A DNA stretch of 64,000 nt, from positions 146,741 through 210,740 of the forward strand of contig JBAZMP010000001.1 in NCBI GenBank assembly GCA_041649715.1. Reading direction: 5' to 3'. A program made the position numbers and the translations under genes. Under the pieces are notes generated by a model. That model made no database searches and was not told the DNA's origin. It saw only the letters and a list, made by a program, of their open reading frames with translations. This stretch comes from Patescibacteria group bacterium. GTDB taxonomy: Bacteria; Patescibacteriota; Patescibacteriia; JAXHNJ01. The first letter of the stretch is position 1. Each line of letters starts with the position of its first letter. This document shows positions 1 to 10,392 of this stretch, one piece after another.

Positions 1-1274
1 GCGGCGCCGCGGCTGATCAAGATAAATTCCTTGTCCTTTTGAACGATGACGCTGTTGCGTCGGCGCTCGGGATCAAAAGGAATTTCTTCGATTTGCCCGT
101 ATTGTTTTATATTTATTTTCTCTTCGGCGGGAAGATGGCCGATAAGCGCCTGGTCAAAAGCGTCGCCCGGCTCATCATCATCCTTAATATTTGGCGCGGC
201 CAGGTTGGCCAACCAAAGAGCGGGCCGGTCTTGAAAGGCATATACTTGATCAACGGTAAGCTTGTTTTCGGTGAGCGTGCCGGTTTTATCCGTGCACAAG
301 ATTTCTACGCTGCCTAAGTCTTCAATGGCCGCCAGTCTTTTTACTACCACTTTATTTTTGGCCAGGCGCAAGGCGCCGCGCGAAAGGGAAAAAGTGGTGA
401 CGACCGGCAAGGCTTCCGGAATGACACTGATGGCCAGAGCGATGGAGAAAATAACCAGTTCCGCCAGATCCGACAAACCCTTAATGAAAAGATTGGCCAG
501 AAAAACCGCCACTAAAGTGATGGAAATAAGGCGCAGAATAAAAGTGCTGAATTTGGCCAGATTTTTTTCGAAAGCGCCGATATGGATCGTTTCCCCGGTC
601 ATTTTGGCGATTCTTCCGATTTCAGTTTTGGCGCCGGTGGCAAATATTATTCCCTTGCCTTCACCGGTCATGATATGGGTGCCGGAAAAACCGATATTGG
701 TCGCGGCAAAGATCGCATTGCTTTTTTCTTTTTCCGTTTCGGCAGATTTTTTCGCTGGGGCGGATTCGCCGGTCAAGACCGATTCATCGACCATTAAGTC
801 GTAAGCGGCAAAAAAACGCAGATCGGCCGGCAGAATATCGCCCGGTTTAACCAGTATTATGTCACCGGGGACAAGAGAGGCGCTTTCCACCGTTTCCTCG
901 CGGCCGTCACGCAGAGTTCGTAGACGGTGGACCATGTATCTTTTCAGGAGTTTCACGGCGTTTTCCGAATGGTATTCCTGAATAAAGCCCAAAAAAGTAT
1001 TAATGGCGACAAAGAGAAGAATCATGCCGCCGTCAATAAACTCCCTTAAAATAAAAGCCAGCCCCACGGCTCCCAGCAGAAGCCAAATAAAAGGGGAAGT
1101 GAATTGCCTTTTTAGGATCTGCCAGCCGTTGACCTCGCGGCCACTGATTTTATTCGGGCCGTAAGAGAGGAGCCTTTTTTCTGCTTCCGCCTTCGATAAG
1201 CCCTTGTTTAAATCGACGGAGAATTCTTTAGATAGTTCTTCTGGCGATTTGTTGGTATAAGCTGAATATTCCAT
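1..1274 (-). CDS. P-type cation-transporting ATPase (Mg2+/Ca2+ type), 5' part; runs off the window edge
   Basis: Not in the ORF track. Manual minus-strand translation from ATG 1274 gives VDESVLTGES, IPEALP and LCTDKTGTLTEN (phosphorylation motif). Confidence 0.93.
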   Translation of the reverse strand, partial: MEYSAYTNKSPEELSKEFSVDLNKGLSKAEAEKRLLSYGPNKISGREVNGWQILKRQFTSPFIWLLLGAVGLAFILREFIDGGMILLFVAINTFLGFIQEYHSENAVKLLKRYMVHRLRTLRDGREETVESASLVPGDIILVKPGDILPADLRFFAAYDLMVDESVLTGESAPAKKSAETEKEKSNAIFAATNIGFSGTHIMTGEGKGIIFATGAKTEIGRIAKMTGETIHIGAFEKNLAKFSTFILRLISITLVAVFLANLFIKGLSDLAELVIFSIALAISVIPEALPVVTTFSLSRGALRLAKNKVVVKRLAAIEDLGSVEILCTDKTGTLTENKLTVDQVYAFQDRPALWLANLAAPNIKDDDEPGDAFDQALIGHLPAEEKINIKQYGQIEEIPFDPERRRNSVIVQKDKEFILISRGA

Positions 1275-1432
1275 AAGTATTTCTTAATATAATTATAGCG
1301 CCGATCAGCTTAAAAAACCACTTTCTCGTTTATTCTTGACAGATAAACAGTCATCATTTAAAATAAGGCCATTATTGTCACGGATAAATAAGCGGATTTG
1401 GTCGATCGTTGCCTTTACCAAAGGAGGAAGAG

Positions 1433-1828
1433 GTGAAAGAAATCATTGTGACGGATAAGGCGCCGAAAGCCATCGGTCCCTATTCACAGGCGGTCAAGGT
1501 TGATACGTTCGCGACCTCCTATGTGGTTTTCACTTCCGGCCAGCTGCCGGTTGATCCAGCCACCAATAATATGGTCAAGGGAGGCATCAAGGAGCAGACC
1601 GAGCAGGTGATTAAAAATCTTATCGCGGTCCTTGAAGCGTCCGGCGCTGATTTAGAGAGTGTGGCCGATGTCATGGTCCTTCTGGCCGATATCAACGATT
1701 TTGCGGCTATGAACGAGGTCTACCGCCAGTATTTTGCCCAAGATTGCCCGGCGCGCGTCGCTTTTCAGGCGGCGGCTTTGCCTCTCGGCGCGAAAGTCGA
1801 GATAAGAGCCATCGCGTTTACCGAGTAA
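1433..1828 (+). CDS. ridA: RidA/YjgF/UK114 family enamine/imine deaminase
   Basis: APKAIGPYSQA, SGQLP, N..Y..YF..PAR, LPLGAKVEI; GTG start after AAGGAGG. Confidence 0.92.
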   Translation: MKEIIVTDKAPKAIGPYSQAVKVDTFATSYVVFTSGQLPVDPATNNMVKGGIKEQTEQVIKNLIAVLEASGADLESVADVMVLLADINDFAAMNEVYRQYFAQDCPARVAFQAAALPLGAKVEIRAIAFTE

Positions 1829-1848
1829 TCGGATAGGAAGTAAAGGTC

Positions 1849-1919
1849 ATCGCCACTTGCGCAAACAAGTGGCGATTTTTCATAATATAAAAAACCCCAC
1901 GAGTGATCGCGGGGTTTTT
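1849..1919. terminator. Two hairpins between convergent genes (intrinsic terminators)
   Basis: ATCGCCACTTG/CAAGTGGCGAT followed by a T-run, and AAAAACCCC/GGGGTTTTT. Confidence 0.7.
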
Positions 1920-1942
1920 CCCTTTCGGGGTGTTTGAAATGA

Positions 1943-2437
1943 TCAGCGTTGGCGCAGCGAAACGCGGCCTTGAGCGTCGAAGCCGAATCTTCGGTCGTGA
2001 CTGAGAGTGAACTTGAAGTTGCCCTTGAAGTTCATACCCGGCTTTTTCCACCATTTCGCGACGACCTGCGTCGCCAGGGTTTCCAGGCTCATCGGCCGGC
2101 TGTGTTTCGCAAGGATCAGATAGGCGATCTCCGCCACGTTCTTCGCCTGCTTGAAATGCTCGAGGCGTATCCGGCGGATTCGGACCTTTCTGATTCGGTC
2201 GATCTTGCGGACACGGACGCGCCGACCCTTGGCCTGCTTGGCCTTTTTCTCGATCTTCTGCAGCCTGGCGGCCCGCTTCTGTTCCACCTTGACGTAGCCG
2301 AGCAGGCTTTTCAGGTATCGCTCCATCCTTTTCAAATTCTGGAGGCTGGCGCGGGAGACGAAGCGAGAACGGCGTTTGCGCTTTGGAGTGCCCTTTTCTG
2401 ACTGTTTGACACTCACCTTTTTCTTGGCGTTTTTCAT
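1943..2437 (-). CDS. Highly basic protein with C-terminal HARE-HTH (RNAP delta/RpoE-like) winged helix
   Basis: AAGGAGG SD; 40 K/R in the first 100 aa; C-terminal VAEIAYLILAKHSRPMSLETL...LSHDRRF...VSLR resembles the RpoE N-domain pattern. Confidence 0.65.
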   Translation of the reverse strand: MKNAKKKVSVKQSEKGTPKRKRRSRFVSRASLQNLKRMERYLKSLLGYVKVEQKRAARLQKIEKKAKQAKGRRVRVRKIDRIRKVRIRRIRLEHFKQAKNVAEIAYLILAKHSRPMSLETLATQVVAKWWKKPGMNFKGNFKFTLSHDRRFGFDAQGRVSLRQR

Positions 2438-2615
2438 GCATTCCTCCTTTGCTAAGCCAAGATTTCAAAGAAAAAGATCTGACTTTTTAGGATAAATTAA
2501 CTTAGCACGAAAGTTTGCGGCTGTCAAGGTATTAAATCCCGCAAGAAATGCGATTTCTAACGGAATAAAAAAACCGTCCCAAAATATTATAAAGAGACGG
2601 TTCTTTAATCTCTTA

Positions 2616-2855
2616 TTATTTGTTTTCTTCGTTGAGGCCCGCTTTTTCCGCGAGCTTCCCAAGCTTAGCGGTGATCAAGACCACCGCGATGGTTACGATC
2701 ACGGCATAGACAAAAAGCGAGATGATGCCACTTGCCTCTCCGAATATCTTGGCAAAAAGGGCGGTGATGGCGCCGTTCCAGGCCAAAGCCGCCACTAAGC
2801 CAAAAGCGGTGGTGGCCAGCGAGATCATGGTTTTGAGATAGTTTTTTCCGAGCAT
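2616..2855 (-). CDS. Small 2-TM membrane protein (DUF5654-like)
   Basis: TTAFGLVAALAWN motif and two hydrophobic helices. Confidence 0.8.
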   Translation of the reverse strand: MLGKNYLKTMISLATTAFGLVAALAWNGAITALFAKIFGEASGIISLFVYAVIVTIAVVLITAKLGKLAEKAGLNEENK

Positions 2856-2869
2856 AGTTTTTTTGTTAA

Positions 2870-3694
2870 TTACATATTGATTATTTGATAGTCTCTTTCA
2901 CTTTTCGCCCCCAGATTCAATTCCGCCGCTCGTTTAATCGTCGGAAATTCCCAGGGTTCAAAATTCAATTTATTTTTGGCCGGGTAGCTTTTTAATATCT
3001 TTAAGCCTTCCACATCCATGGCGACTCGGTCGGTTCCGGCCATTAATATATTTGGTTCAACTAAATCACCTTTATCAGGGCCATGAGTAATAAAAGCTTT
3101 TCGGCCGTCCATTATTATTAAGGCGGGCGTATAGGCCAGATTGATTTCCGCGATTTTTTCTTCTAGATGGTTCATGTGCAAAAAAGTCCGCTCAATTTTT
3201 TTCATGATCCCGACTCCTAACTTTAAGGACATGGTAAAGCGGGCAAAGCGGTGGACTTTTAAACAAGGCAAAAGAATCAATTTATCCACTTCTTCCAAGA
3301 CAGCGGGAATACTAATTGATTTTAAATATTTTCCCGGAATTTTCTTCTTGATATATCCACCATGATCAAAATTTATGGCTCTGACGCCATAATCTTTTTC
3401 CAAGGCAGAAAAATTCAAACAAGCCATTACTTTGCCAGTGTCTAACATCAGAGTACAGGAATCACCTATTAATATCTCGGACGGTTTGGCCTCTTTGACG
3501 ATTTCAATTACTGTCCTTAAAAACTTCGGATCGGAAGAGGCGGGGTATGGGTCGGCCGTGTTTAAATTCGGTTTTAATAAAACTTTATCCCCGGGTTTGA
3601 TAAAAATGGAAATCCCGCCCAGGGGCTGCAAGATTTTCAAGATATCGGCTTTTAAATCGCCGGAAGCTTTTGTTTTAGCAACAATGTTTGTCAT
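2870..3694 (-). CDS. DUF362 domain protein
   Basis: IKPGDKVLLKPN, LP.LK.H, TMSLK, D.VAMD motifs. Confidence 0.88.
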   Translation of the reverse strand: MTNIVAKTKASGDLKADILKILQPLGGISIFIKPGDKVLLKPNLNTADPYPASSDPKFLRTVIEIVKEAKPSEILIGDSCTLMLDTGKVMACLNFSALEKDYGVRAINFDHGGYIKKKIPGKYLKSISIPAVLEEVDKLILLPCLKVHRFARFTMSLKLGVGIMKKIERTFLHMNHLEEKIAEINLAYTPALIIMDGRKAFITHGPDKGDLVEPNILMAGTDRVAMDVEGLKILKSYPAKNKLNFEPWEFPTIKRAAELNLGAKSERDYQIINM

Positions 3695-3775
3695 AAGTTT
3701 ATTATAGCGCGTTTTTTCAGATATAAAAATCCGCGAGAGAATTATCTCTCGCGGAAAATAAGATTCAGCCGTGTA

Positions 3776-4096
3776 TCAGTAGCCGAAACGCCTGATGAGG
3801 CGAATCGAAGGTATTTCGGGACGCCGGCCGGTCGCCGCGAACGTGGCGGAACTGCTTCGGAAAAAAGAGTTGTTTGGCGGCGGGACGGAGGGTTTCACCT
3901 TGGCTTTCTTCGCCTGCGGATCCGGCGGAATGGGTATCTTGTGGGCCATCAGCCAGGCCCGGGCTTCGACGCCTGTTTGGCCCAGCCAATGAGCATGAGC
4001 CAGGCAGAAAGCCTTGCGGCGCCGGTACTTGGCCAAACCCTTTCCATGTCTGCCATGAATTCGTCCGAATTTCACGAACTGTTCGTCCATTCTCAT
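3776..4096 (-). CDS. Small basic hypothetical protein
   Basis: Strong SD (AAAGGAGG) before ATG 4096; hairpin downstream at about 3730-3756; no recognisable family. Confidence 0.55.
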   Translation of the reverse strand: MRMDEQFVKFGRIHGRHGKGLAKYRRRKAFCLAHAHWLGQTGVEARAWLMAHKIPIPPDPQAKKAKVKPSVPPPNNSFFRSSSATFAATGRRPEIPSIRLIRRFGY

Positions 4097-4546
4097 TACC
4101 TGCCTCCTTTTCTTACCCAAAGGTTTTAGAGGGAGAAAGAGCGTCAAAATAATGTCCTTAGCTTAGATAAAGATTATTTTTTTGTCAACGGGATTTTTAT
4201 TCTGTAGATTTGCCGGATGATGGCTAGCGCCTTGACTTTTTTTGAAAAACGCCGGCGGAAAAACTTGGTTCACCTCAAAAAAAGGCGAGAACACCATATT
4301 TTGCGCTTCTTTTCCGCTCACCGGCATGAAGAAAAAAGCCGGTACGAAACAACTTACCTGACAGCGATATAAATAAAAAACGGACAAAAAAATTGTCTGT
4401 TTTTTGTCGCCACTGGCGCAATTTTTTGCTTGACAAAAGAATAAAAATAGTTCACAGTTTAATGGGGATAAAAAATATATGGGAGGCGGGAAAAGCGGGC
4501 AGGTAAACATATCTTATAAGGCCATTTTTTGGTCTTTTTTTAAAAC

Positions 4547-6937
4547 ATGATTAAAGTAAATAAAAATCAATCTGAGCCTACGGGCGAGCAACAAATTCCC
4601 TTGCATTGCATAAAGACCTTGGTAAATACGGCCAGGGAACCGTTTTTAATCCTCGATTTTAGTTTGAGGGTAATTTCGGCTAATGACTCTTTTTGCCGGA
4701 CCTTTTCGGTCAGCCGGAAAGAAACGGAGAAAAAGACGTTTTACGATATCGGCAATCGCCAGTGGGATATTCCCGAGCTACGGCGGTTATTAGAAAAAAT
4801 ATTACCCGAGAAGAAAATAATCAGGGATTATGAATTCAAATATAATTTTTCGGAACTTGGAAAAAAGGTACTTCGGCTTAATGCCCAGCTGATTGAGTCG
4901 ACAAGATTTATTGTCGTCAGCTTTGAGGATATCACCGCTAAAGAACAATTGGCCGAGAGCGAAGAATTTCACAAGGCTCTCGTTTACGCGGCTGACCGGG
5001 CCGGCATTGGCATCGCCATTTTGCAGAACGTTAAGGGCAGAGAAGCCGCGATAGTCTCGGTCAATAACCATGCGTGTTATATATCCGGCTATACGCGGGA
5101 AGAGTGTTTGAAACTGTCCATTTCCGATGTTATTCCGGTTGATATGCTCAGCCAGATTTTGGAAAGGTATCGGAAAAGACAGCAGGGGAAATCGGTACCA
5201 TATTTCTATGAAACCGATATTATCCGTAAAGACAAAAAAAGAGTGCCTATCTTAATCAGCTTGGCAATCACGAAAATTAAGGGGGAGATAGCGACGATTG
5301 TTTATTTTAGGGATATAACGGAGATTAAGCGCGTCGAGCTTATGCTCCAGGAGAGTGAAAATAAACTGAATGCGACCATCCAGGGTTCCCCCATTCCTAA
5401 ATTTGTCATTGACCAGAACCATAAAGTTATTCATTGGAACACGGCCTTGGAGAAATACAGCGGGATAAAGGCCAAAGAAATTTTGGGCACGAATCAGCAG
5501 TGGCGGGCGTTTTATCTCAAAAAACGTCCTTGTCTGGCGGATCTTCTAGTTGATGGAGCCATTGAAAGAATCCCGCAATGGTATACCGGTAAATATACCA
5601 AATCAAAGCTCATTCCGGACGCCTATGAAGCGACCGACTTCTTTCCCCAGATGGGTGAGAATGGTATTTGGCTTTATTTTACCGCCTCGGTCATCCGGGA
5701 TGCCAAGAGCGATGTCATCGGGGCCATGGAAACTCTCGAGGATATCACGGAACGCAAAAAAGCCGAGGAAGAACTAAAAAAGCATGAGGAGGAATTGGAG
5801 AATACTCAGAAGGCCCTTCTTCGCCTAATGGATGGTTTGGACCGAGAAAAAATAAAGCTCATAAACGAAAAAGCCAAGGACGAGGCGATTTTAGGCAATA
5901 TTGCGGACGGCGTGGTCGTGGTCGACAAAGAGGGCAAGATAATCGTGATCAATCAGGCGGCCAGAAAGATGCTGGGTTTTGAAAGTAGCGAGGCTTTAGG
6001 TAAACCTTGGTCTGAAATTTTGCGGCGTCAGGATGAAGAAGGCCATTTCATTTCTTCAGATACCGGCGCCGTTCAGGCGGCGCTTTTGAAAGAAAAAGTC
6101 ACCCGGGCGGATTCGTATTATTACGTCCGAAAAAATAAAACCAGATTTCCCGTTTTGCGAAGCGTTTCGCCGATCATCCTGGACAAAAAAGTGGTGGGGG
6201 CGGTTAATGTTTTCCGCGACATCACCCGCGAAAAGGAGATAGACCGGATGAAAGATGAATTTATCAGCGTGGCTTCCCATGAATTAAGGACCCCGATGAC
6301 CGCGATCATGGGAAATATTGACATGGTTCTAAAAGGGAAAGCCGGCCAGGTTAGTCATGAAGTAAAAGAATATCTAAAAGATGTGGCGATTGCTTCCGAT
6401 CGGTTAATCAAGCTGGTTAATGATATGTTGGACGTTTCTCATATTGAAGTGGGTCGATTAATGTTTAATCCCAAGCCTATCGATATTTCTGTTTTAATAC
6501 ACTCAGTGGTAAAAGAATGTCAGGCGATGGCTAAAGAAAAAAATCTTATCTTGAAATATAATCCCGGGAAGAATTTGCCCAAGGTTTCGGCTGATCCGGA
6601 TAAAGTCCTGCAAGTGCTGAACAATATTATTGGTAATGCCATTAAATTTACTCCCGAAGGATCAGTGACCATTACTACTAAACAAAAACAAAATAAGGTA
6701 ATTGTCCAGGTTAAGGATACGGGTATCGGTATCAGACAAGAAGACAAGGATAAGATATTTCAAAAATTCTTTCAGCTGGATACGAGTTTATCCAGAGAAA
6801 TCAAGGGGACTGGATTGGGGTTATACATCAGCCAACAGATGGTGAAAAAAATGGGTGGCGAGATTTGGCTGGAAAGCGAAGGGCTGGGCAGGGGGACGAT
6901 TATCAGCTTTTCTTTACCCAAGGCTAGCAAAAAATAA
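4547..6937 (+). CDS. Cytoplasmic multi-PAS sensor histidine kinase
   Basis: About four PAS/PAC units ending DIT; H-box SHELRTP, N-box NAIKFT, G-boxes DTGIG and GTGLGL. Confidence 0.95.
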   Translation: MIKVNKNQSEPTGEQQIPLHCIKTLVNTAREPFLILDFSLRVISANDSFCRTFSVSRKETEKKTFYDIGNRQWDIPELRRLLEKILPEKKIIRDYEFKYNFSELGKKVLRLNAQLIESTRFIVVSFEDITAKEQLAESEEFHKALVYAADRAGIGIAILQNVKGREAAIVSVNNHACYISGYTREECLKLSISDVIPVDMLSQILERYRKRQQGKSVPYFYETDIIRKDKKRVPILISLAITKIKGEIATIVYFRDITEIKRVELMLQESENKLNATIQGSPIPKFVIDQNHKVIHWNTALEKYSGIKAKEILGTNQQWRAFYLKKRPCLADLLVDGAIERIPQWYTGKYTKSKLIPDAYEATDFFPQMGENGIWLYFTASVIRDAKSDVIGAMETLEDITERKKAEEELKKHEEELENTQKALLRLMDGLDREKIKLINEKAKDEAILGNIADGVVVVDKEGKIIVINQAARKMLGFESSEALGKPWSEILRRQDEEGHFISSDTGAVQAALLKEKVTRADSYYYVRKNKTRFPVLRSVSPIILDKKVVGAVNVFRDITREKEIDRMKDEFISVASHELRTPMTAIMGNIDMVLKGKAGQVSHEVKEYLKDVAIASDRLIKLVNDMLDVSHIEVGRLMFNPKPIDISVLIHSVVKECQAMAKEKNLILKYNPGKNLPKVSADPDKVLQVLNNIIGNAIKFTPEGSVTITTKQKQNKVIVQVKDTGIGIRQEDKDKIFQKFFQLDTSLSREIKGTGLGLYISQQMVKKMGGEIWLESEGLGRGTIISFSLPKASKK

Positions 6938-6972
6938 TCATAAATATATTTATAACAAGAAAGGTAAAAAAT

Positions 6973-7359
6973 ATGACAAAAATATTGCTTATTGAGGATG
7001 ACGTCCTGATGCGGAGAATGTATCAGCGTATCTTTACCGAAAAAGAAGGTTTTCAGTTTGAGGCCGTGGAAACTGGCGAAGAGGGACTTGATAAAATTAA
7101 AAAATCAGAGCCAGACCTTGTTCTTTTGGATTTAATGTTGCCTAAAATGCCGGGCGAACAAGTGCTCAAGAACATGAATGACGCGGATTTGTTAAAAAAG
7201 ATTCCGGTGATTGTTCTTTCGTGTAAAGGCGATGAAACAACCGTCGAGCATTGTCTAAATCGGCTGGGCGCCAGTGATTATCTGCATAAAAGCGGTCTTA
7301 AGCCCGAAAAAGTCATAAAGAGAGTGAAGGGCGTTTTAAAAAAATTTGAGAGCGGATAA
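6973..7359 (+). CDS. Stand-alone response regulator receiver
   Basis: ILLIEDD, LLDLMLP, GA.DYL.K. Confidence 0.92.
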   Translation: MTKILLIEDDVLMRRMYQRIFTEKEGFQFEAVETGEEGLDKIKKSEPDLVLLDLMLPKMPGEQVLKNMNDADLLKKIPVIVLSCKGDETTVEHCLNRLGASDYLHKSGLKPEKVIKRVKGVLKKFESG

Positions 7360-7381
7360 ATTCAGAATTAATTATAATATT

Positions 7382-7750
7382 ATGAATAAAGTTTTACTTA
7401 TCGATGATGAGGCCTTGGTCCTTCGTCTTTTTAAAAGAATTTTTACGCCAGTCACCGGTTTTGAATTGTCGACTGCCTGGGATGGCATGGAGGGTTTGCA
7501 AAAAATCAAAGAAGTAAAACCAGATTTGGTTTTGCTAGACATCCGGATGCCGAAAATAGATGGCCTTGAGGTTTTGAGGCGAATAAAGGCGGATAAAGAG
7601 ATAGCACGTATTCCGGTGATAATGTTGACCAATCTTAGTGACACAAAGCTGGTGTCTGAAGCCGTTTCTCTGGGAGCGAGAGGTTATCTAATTAAGACTA
7701 ATTATAAGCCGGATGAAATCTTGGAGTTGGTCAGGAGTACTTTGAATTAA
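7382..7750 (+). CDS. Stand-alone response regulator receiver
   Basis: VLLIDDE, LLDIRMP, MLTN, GA.GYLIK; ATG at 7382. Confidence 0.92.
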   Translation: MNKVLLIDDEALVLRLFKRIFTPVTGFELSTAWDGMEGLQKIKEVKPDLVLLDIRMPKIDGLEVLRRIKADKEIARIPVIMLTNLSDTKLVSEAVSLGARGYLIKTNYKPDEILELVRSTLN

Positions 7751-7929
7751 TGATATTTCTTAGTTTATTGAATGGATTGAAGCGAAATAGAAAAATTGTA
7801 TTGGCCATTTTATTTTAAATAAATTGGAAAAAAGGGGGAGTATAGACGGTTTAATTTTTACAATAACCGTGGTTTTCTGCTGGTTATTTTCTCTTTCCAA
7901 AAGATTGATTAAACTATATAATTAACACG

Positions 7930-9156
7930 ATGAAGAAATACGACATTATTATTATCGGTGGCGGCGCCGCCGGGATGATGGCCGGCATTAGCTCTTCCCG
8001 GGACGGTAGATCGGTTTTGATCGTGGAAAAAAATTATAAATTGGGCCGGAAGGTTCTGGTCACGGGCAACGGCCGGTGCAACGTGACCAATCGGTTCGTG
8101 GACAAATCACGCTACTACGGAGCCAGCCCAGAATTCGTGGAAAAAGTATTATCATATTTTGATCAGTTTCGGGTAATGGAGTTTTTTGAAAGTTTGGGCG
8201 TGATGTTGAAAGAAGAGGATAACGGCCGGATGTTCCCCCGGACCAATCAGGCGGAAACGATTGTCAATGCTTTGACGGAAGAGTTAAAAGAGAAAAAGGT
8301 AAAGATAATCTCGGATCAACCGGTCGTTAGTTTAATAAAAAAAGAGAATATTTTTCAGGTTAAGCTGAAAAATAACGAAGAATTTTCGGCCGAGAAAGTG
8401 ATATTAACCACGGGCGGCCGGGCCAGCGGACAATACGGTTCAACCGGCGATGGATTTAGGTGGCTTGAAAATTTAGGGCATCATATTCTTTTTCAATATC
8501 CGGCACTCGTGCCCCTAGAGACGCAAGAACGCTGGCCCAAAGGTTTGGCGGGTTTGAAAGTGGCTGGAAGAGTAAAAGCAGAGAGTGAGGGCAAGATACT
8601 GGCGGAAAAAGAAGGAGAGGTTTTATTCACTCACTTCGGCTTGTCCGGGCCGCCGATACTATTTTTATCCAGTTTCATCAGCCCGATTTTAGGGAAAAAT
8701 AAAGTCAAAATCAATTTGGATTTATTTCCGGAAAGTACGGCCAAGGATTTGGATGTACGCCTGGAAAAAATATTTGAAAGTAGCGGAAAAAAATCGGTGA
8801 AGAACGCCTTGGCTGGTATGCTGCCCGCCAATTTTATTCCCGTTTTCTTAAAAAATATAAACATCCAGCCGGAGAAAAAAACAGCGGAGATTTCAAAAAC
8901 CGAGCGCTTGAAAATCGTTGACGGTCTTAAAAATATCACGCTTACTGTTACGGCCACTCGGCCTTTTTCCGAAGCGCATATCACCGCCGGAGGAGTGGAT
9001 ACAGGCGAAGTTAATCCGGCTACCCTAGAGTCAAAAATCATCCCCGGACTTTATCTAGCCGGCGAGATTTTAGACGTGAACGCGGATTCCGGCGGCTTCA
9101 ACCTACAGTGGGCCTGGTCTTCGGGTCGTCTGGCCGGGTTTAACGCGGCAAGTTAA
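7930..9156 (+). CDS. HI0933/YhiN (BaiN-like) flavoprotein
   Basis: GGGAAG, GNGRCNVTN, LFTHFGLSGP, GGFNLQWAWSSG. Confidence 0.93.
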   Translation: MKKYDIIIIGGGAAGMMAGISSSRDGRSVLIVEKNYKLGRKVLVTGNGRCNVTNRFVDKSRYYGASPEFVEKVLSYFDQFRVMEFFESLGVMLKEEDNGRMFPRTNQAETIVNALTEELKEKKVKIISDQPVVSLIKKENIFQVKLKNNEEFSAEKVILTTGGRASGQYGSTGDGFRWLENLGHHILFQYPALVPLETQERWPKGLAGLKVAGRVKAESEGKILAEKEGEVLFTHFGLSGPPILFLSSFISPILGKNKVKINLDLFPESTAKDLDVRLEKIFESSGKKSVKNALAGMLPANFIPVFLKNINIQPEKKTAEISKTERLKIVDGLKNITLTVTATRPFSEAHITAGGVDTGEVNPATLESKIIPGLYLAGEILDVNADSGGFNLQWAWSSGRLAGFNAAS

Positions 9157-9402
9157 AATCTGCTATAATGGAAAGAGGGTTAATATATTATCTGACGCGT
9201 ATGTGTAACCAAGAAAAGGGAACCTTTCAGGCTAAGCCGAAAGAGGCCGAGTGGCCGTTTTGATTTTCGGCGGCTTATGGCCGGTAATCCAGTAAATAAT
9301 CAGTTGATATTATCGATATTATGAACGGATATTTGAAAAAATATAAAAATGCATATAATACAAAAAATCGAAGAGAATTTTTAATATTAATTTTAAAAAA
9401 TT

Positions 9403-9876
9403 ATGCAGCTAAAAGATCATCAAATAGATACTTTACGTTTGCTGGCCCAATACGAAGAAACTATCGGCTCGCTTTACCAGCTCTACAGTCATAAATTCCC
9501 GGCCGAAAAAGAATTTTGGGAAGGTTTGTTTAAAGACGAATCTGACCACGCGACCTGGATCAAAAAATTTTCCGGCAGCATAGAAGAAGGCCAGGCATAT
9601 TTCCAGGAGAAAAGATTTAATATCCCGGCCATTGAAAGCAATATTAATTACGTCAAAGAAAAATACCGCGAGGCGGAAAAGGGAAACATCCCCCTGATTA
9701 AGGCCGTCGCTTTAGCCCTGGATCTTGAAAAGTCACTGCTGGAGAGCAAATACTACGAGGTTTTTAATGCCGACTTGTTTGAGTTCAAGAACTTGCTACA
9801 GAAGTTGACGGACGCGACGAAAATCCATGCTCAAAAAGTTGAGGTGATGTTAAATAAATACCGGGCAAAAGAATAA
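9403..9876 (+). CDS. Ferritin-like/rubrerythrin-family protein
   Basis: E..I..LY, FW..L..DE..HA, ALDLE, H near the C-terminus. Confidence 0.75.
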   Translation: MQLKDHQIDTLRLLAQYEETIGSLYQLYSHKFPAEKEFWEGLFKDESDHATWIKKFSGSIEEGQAYFQEKRFNIPAIESNINYVKEKYREAEKGNIPLIKAVALALDLEKSLLESKYYEVFNADLFEFKNLLQKLTDATKIHAQKVEVMLNKYRAKE

Positions 9877-9945
9877 TAGATATACGATAATAAAAAGAGA
9901 AGAAGGCTTCTCTTTTCAATCAATATTAGTGAAGTAACTCTCTTT

Positions 9946-10332
9946 CTATTTTGGGGGAATAATTTTTCGGCAATTTTTGCTGCCACACCGGCATAGAAAG
10001 GTAATCGGCGCCGTCTTAGCGGTGTAAAATGAAGTTATTTCCTCCCCCTTTTTAATATTTTTTGAGGCGACGTCGCACATATTTTTTACCCGCGTGTTCG
10101 CCTCGCAGGAGTGGTTTACATAGCGTTCCGGCGGCTGCATCAGAATATACCGGTTCTTTGATTTTCCCACTAGGTAATTTTTTTCGCCAGGTGGTAATTT
10201 GCTAGCCCGTGATTTTGTAATAATCCTTGGTTTTTTCCATTTAATAACTGTTTCGCCTTTTTTAAAATTCCGGCCGGCAAAAACCCCTCTACCGCAGATT
10301 TTTGATTTTTTTACGAAAATACTTTTAGGCAT
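9946..10332 (-). CDS. SET-domain lysine methyltransferase with post-SET motif
   Basis: GRGVFA, RYVNHSCEAN, GEEITSFY, CRCGSKNCR. Confidence 0.9.
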   Translation of the reverse strand: MPKSIFVKKSKICGRGVFAGRNFKKGETVIKWKKPRIITKSRASKLPPGEKNYLVGKSKNRYILMQPPERYVNHSCEANTRVKNMCDVASKNIKKGEEITSFYTAKTAPITFLCRCGSKNCRKIIPPK

Positions 10333-10392
10333 ATTATTTCTCAAGTATAACAAAAAACCGCCGTATTGGCGATTTTTTATAACCAGCAAATA

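Noticed and set aside
262-804. 180-aa plus-strand ORF
   Set aside because: It is antisense to the P-type ATPase.
1818-2468. Alternative ORFs 1818-2468 (-) and 1949-2401 (+)
   Set aside because: They overlap 1943-2437, which has the SD, a domain-like C-terminus and a fitting terminator.
9200-9290. Riboswitch upstream of the ferritin-like gene
   Set aside because: A hairpin is possible (TAAGCC/GGCTTA, GCCGAAA/TTTCGGC), but I could not match any riboswitch consensus.
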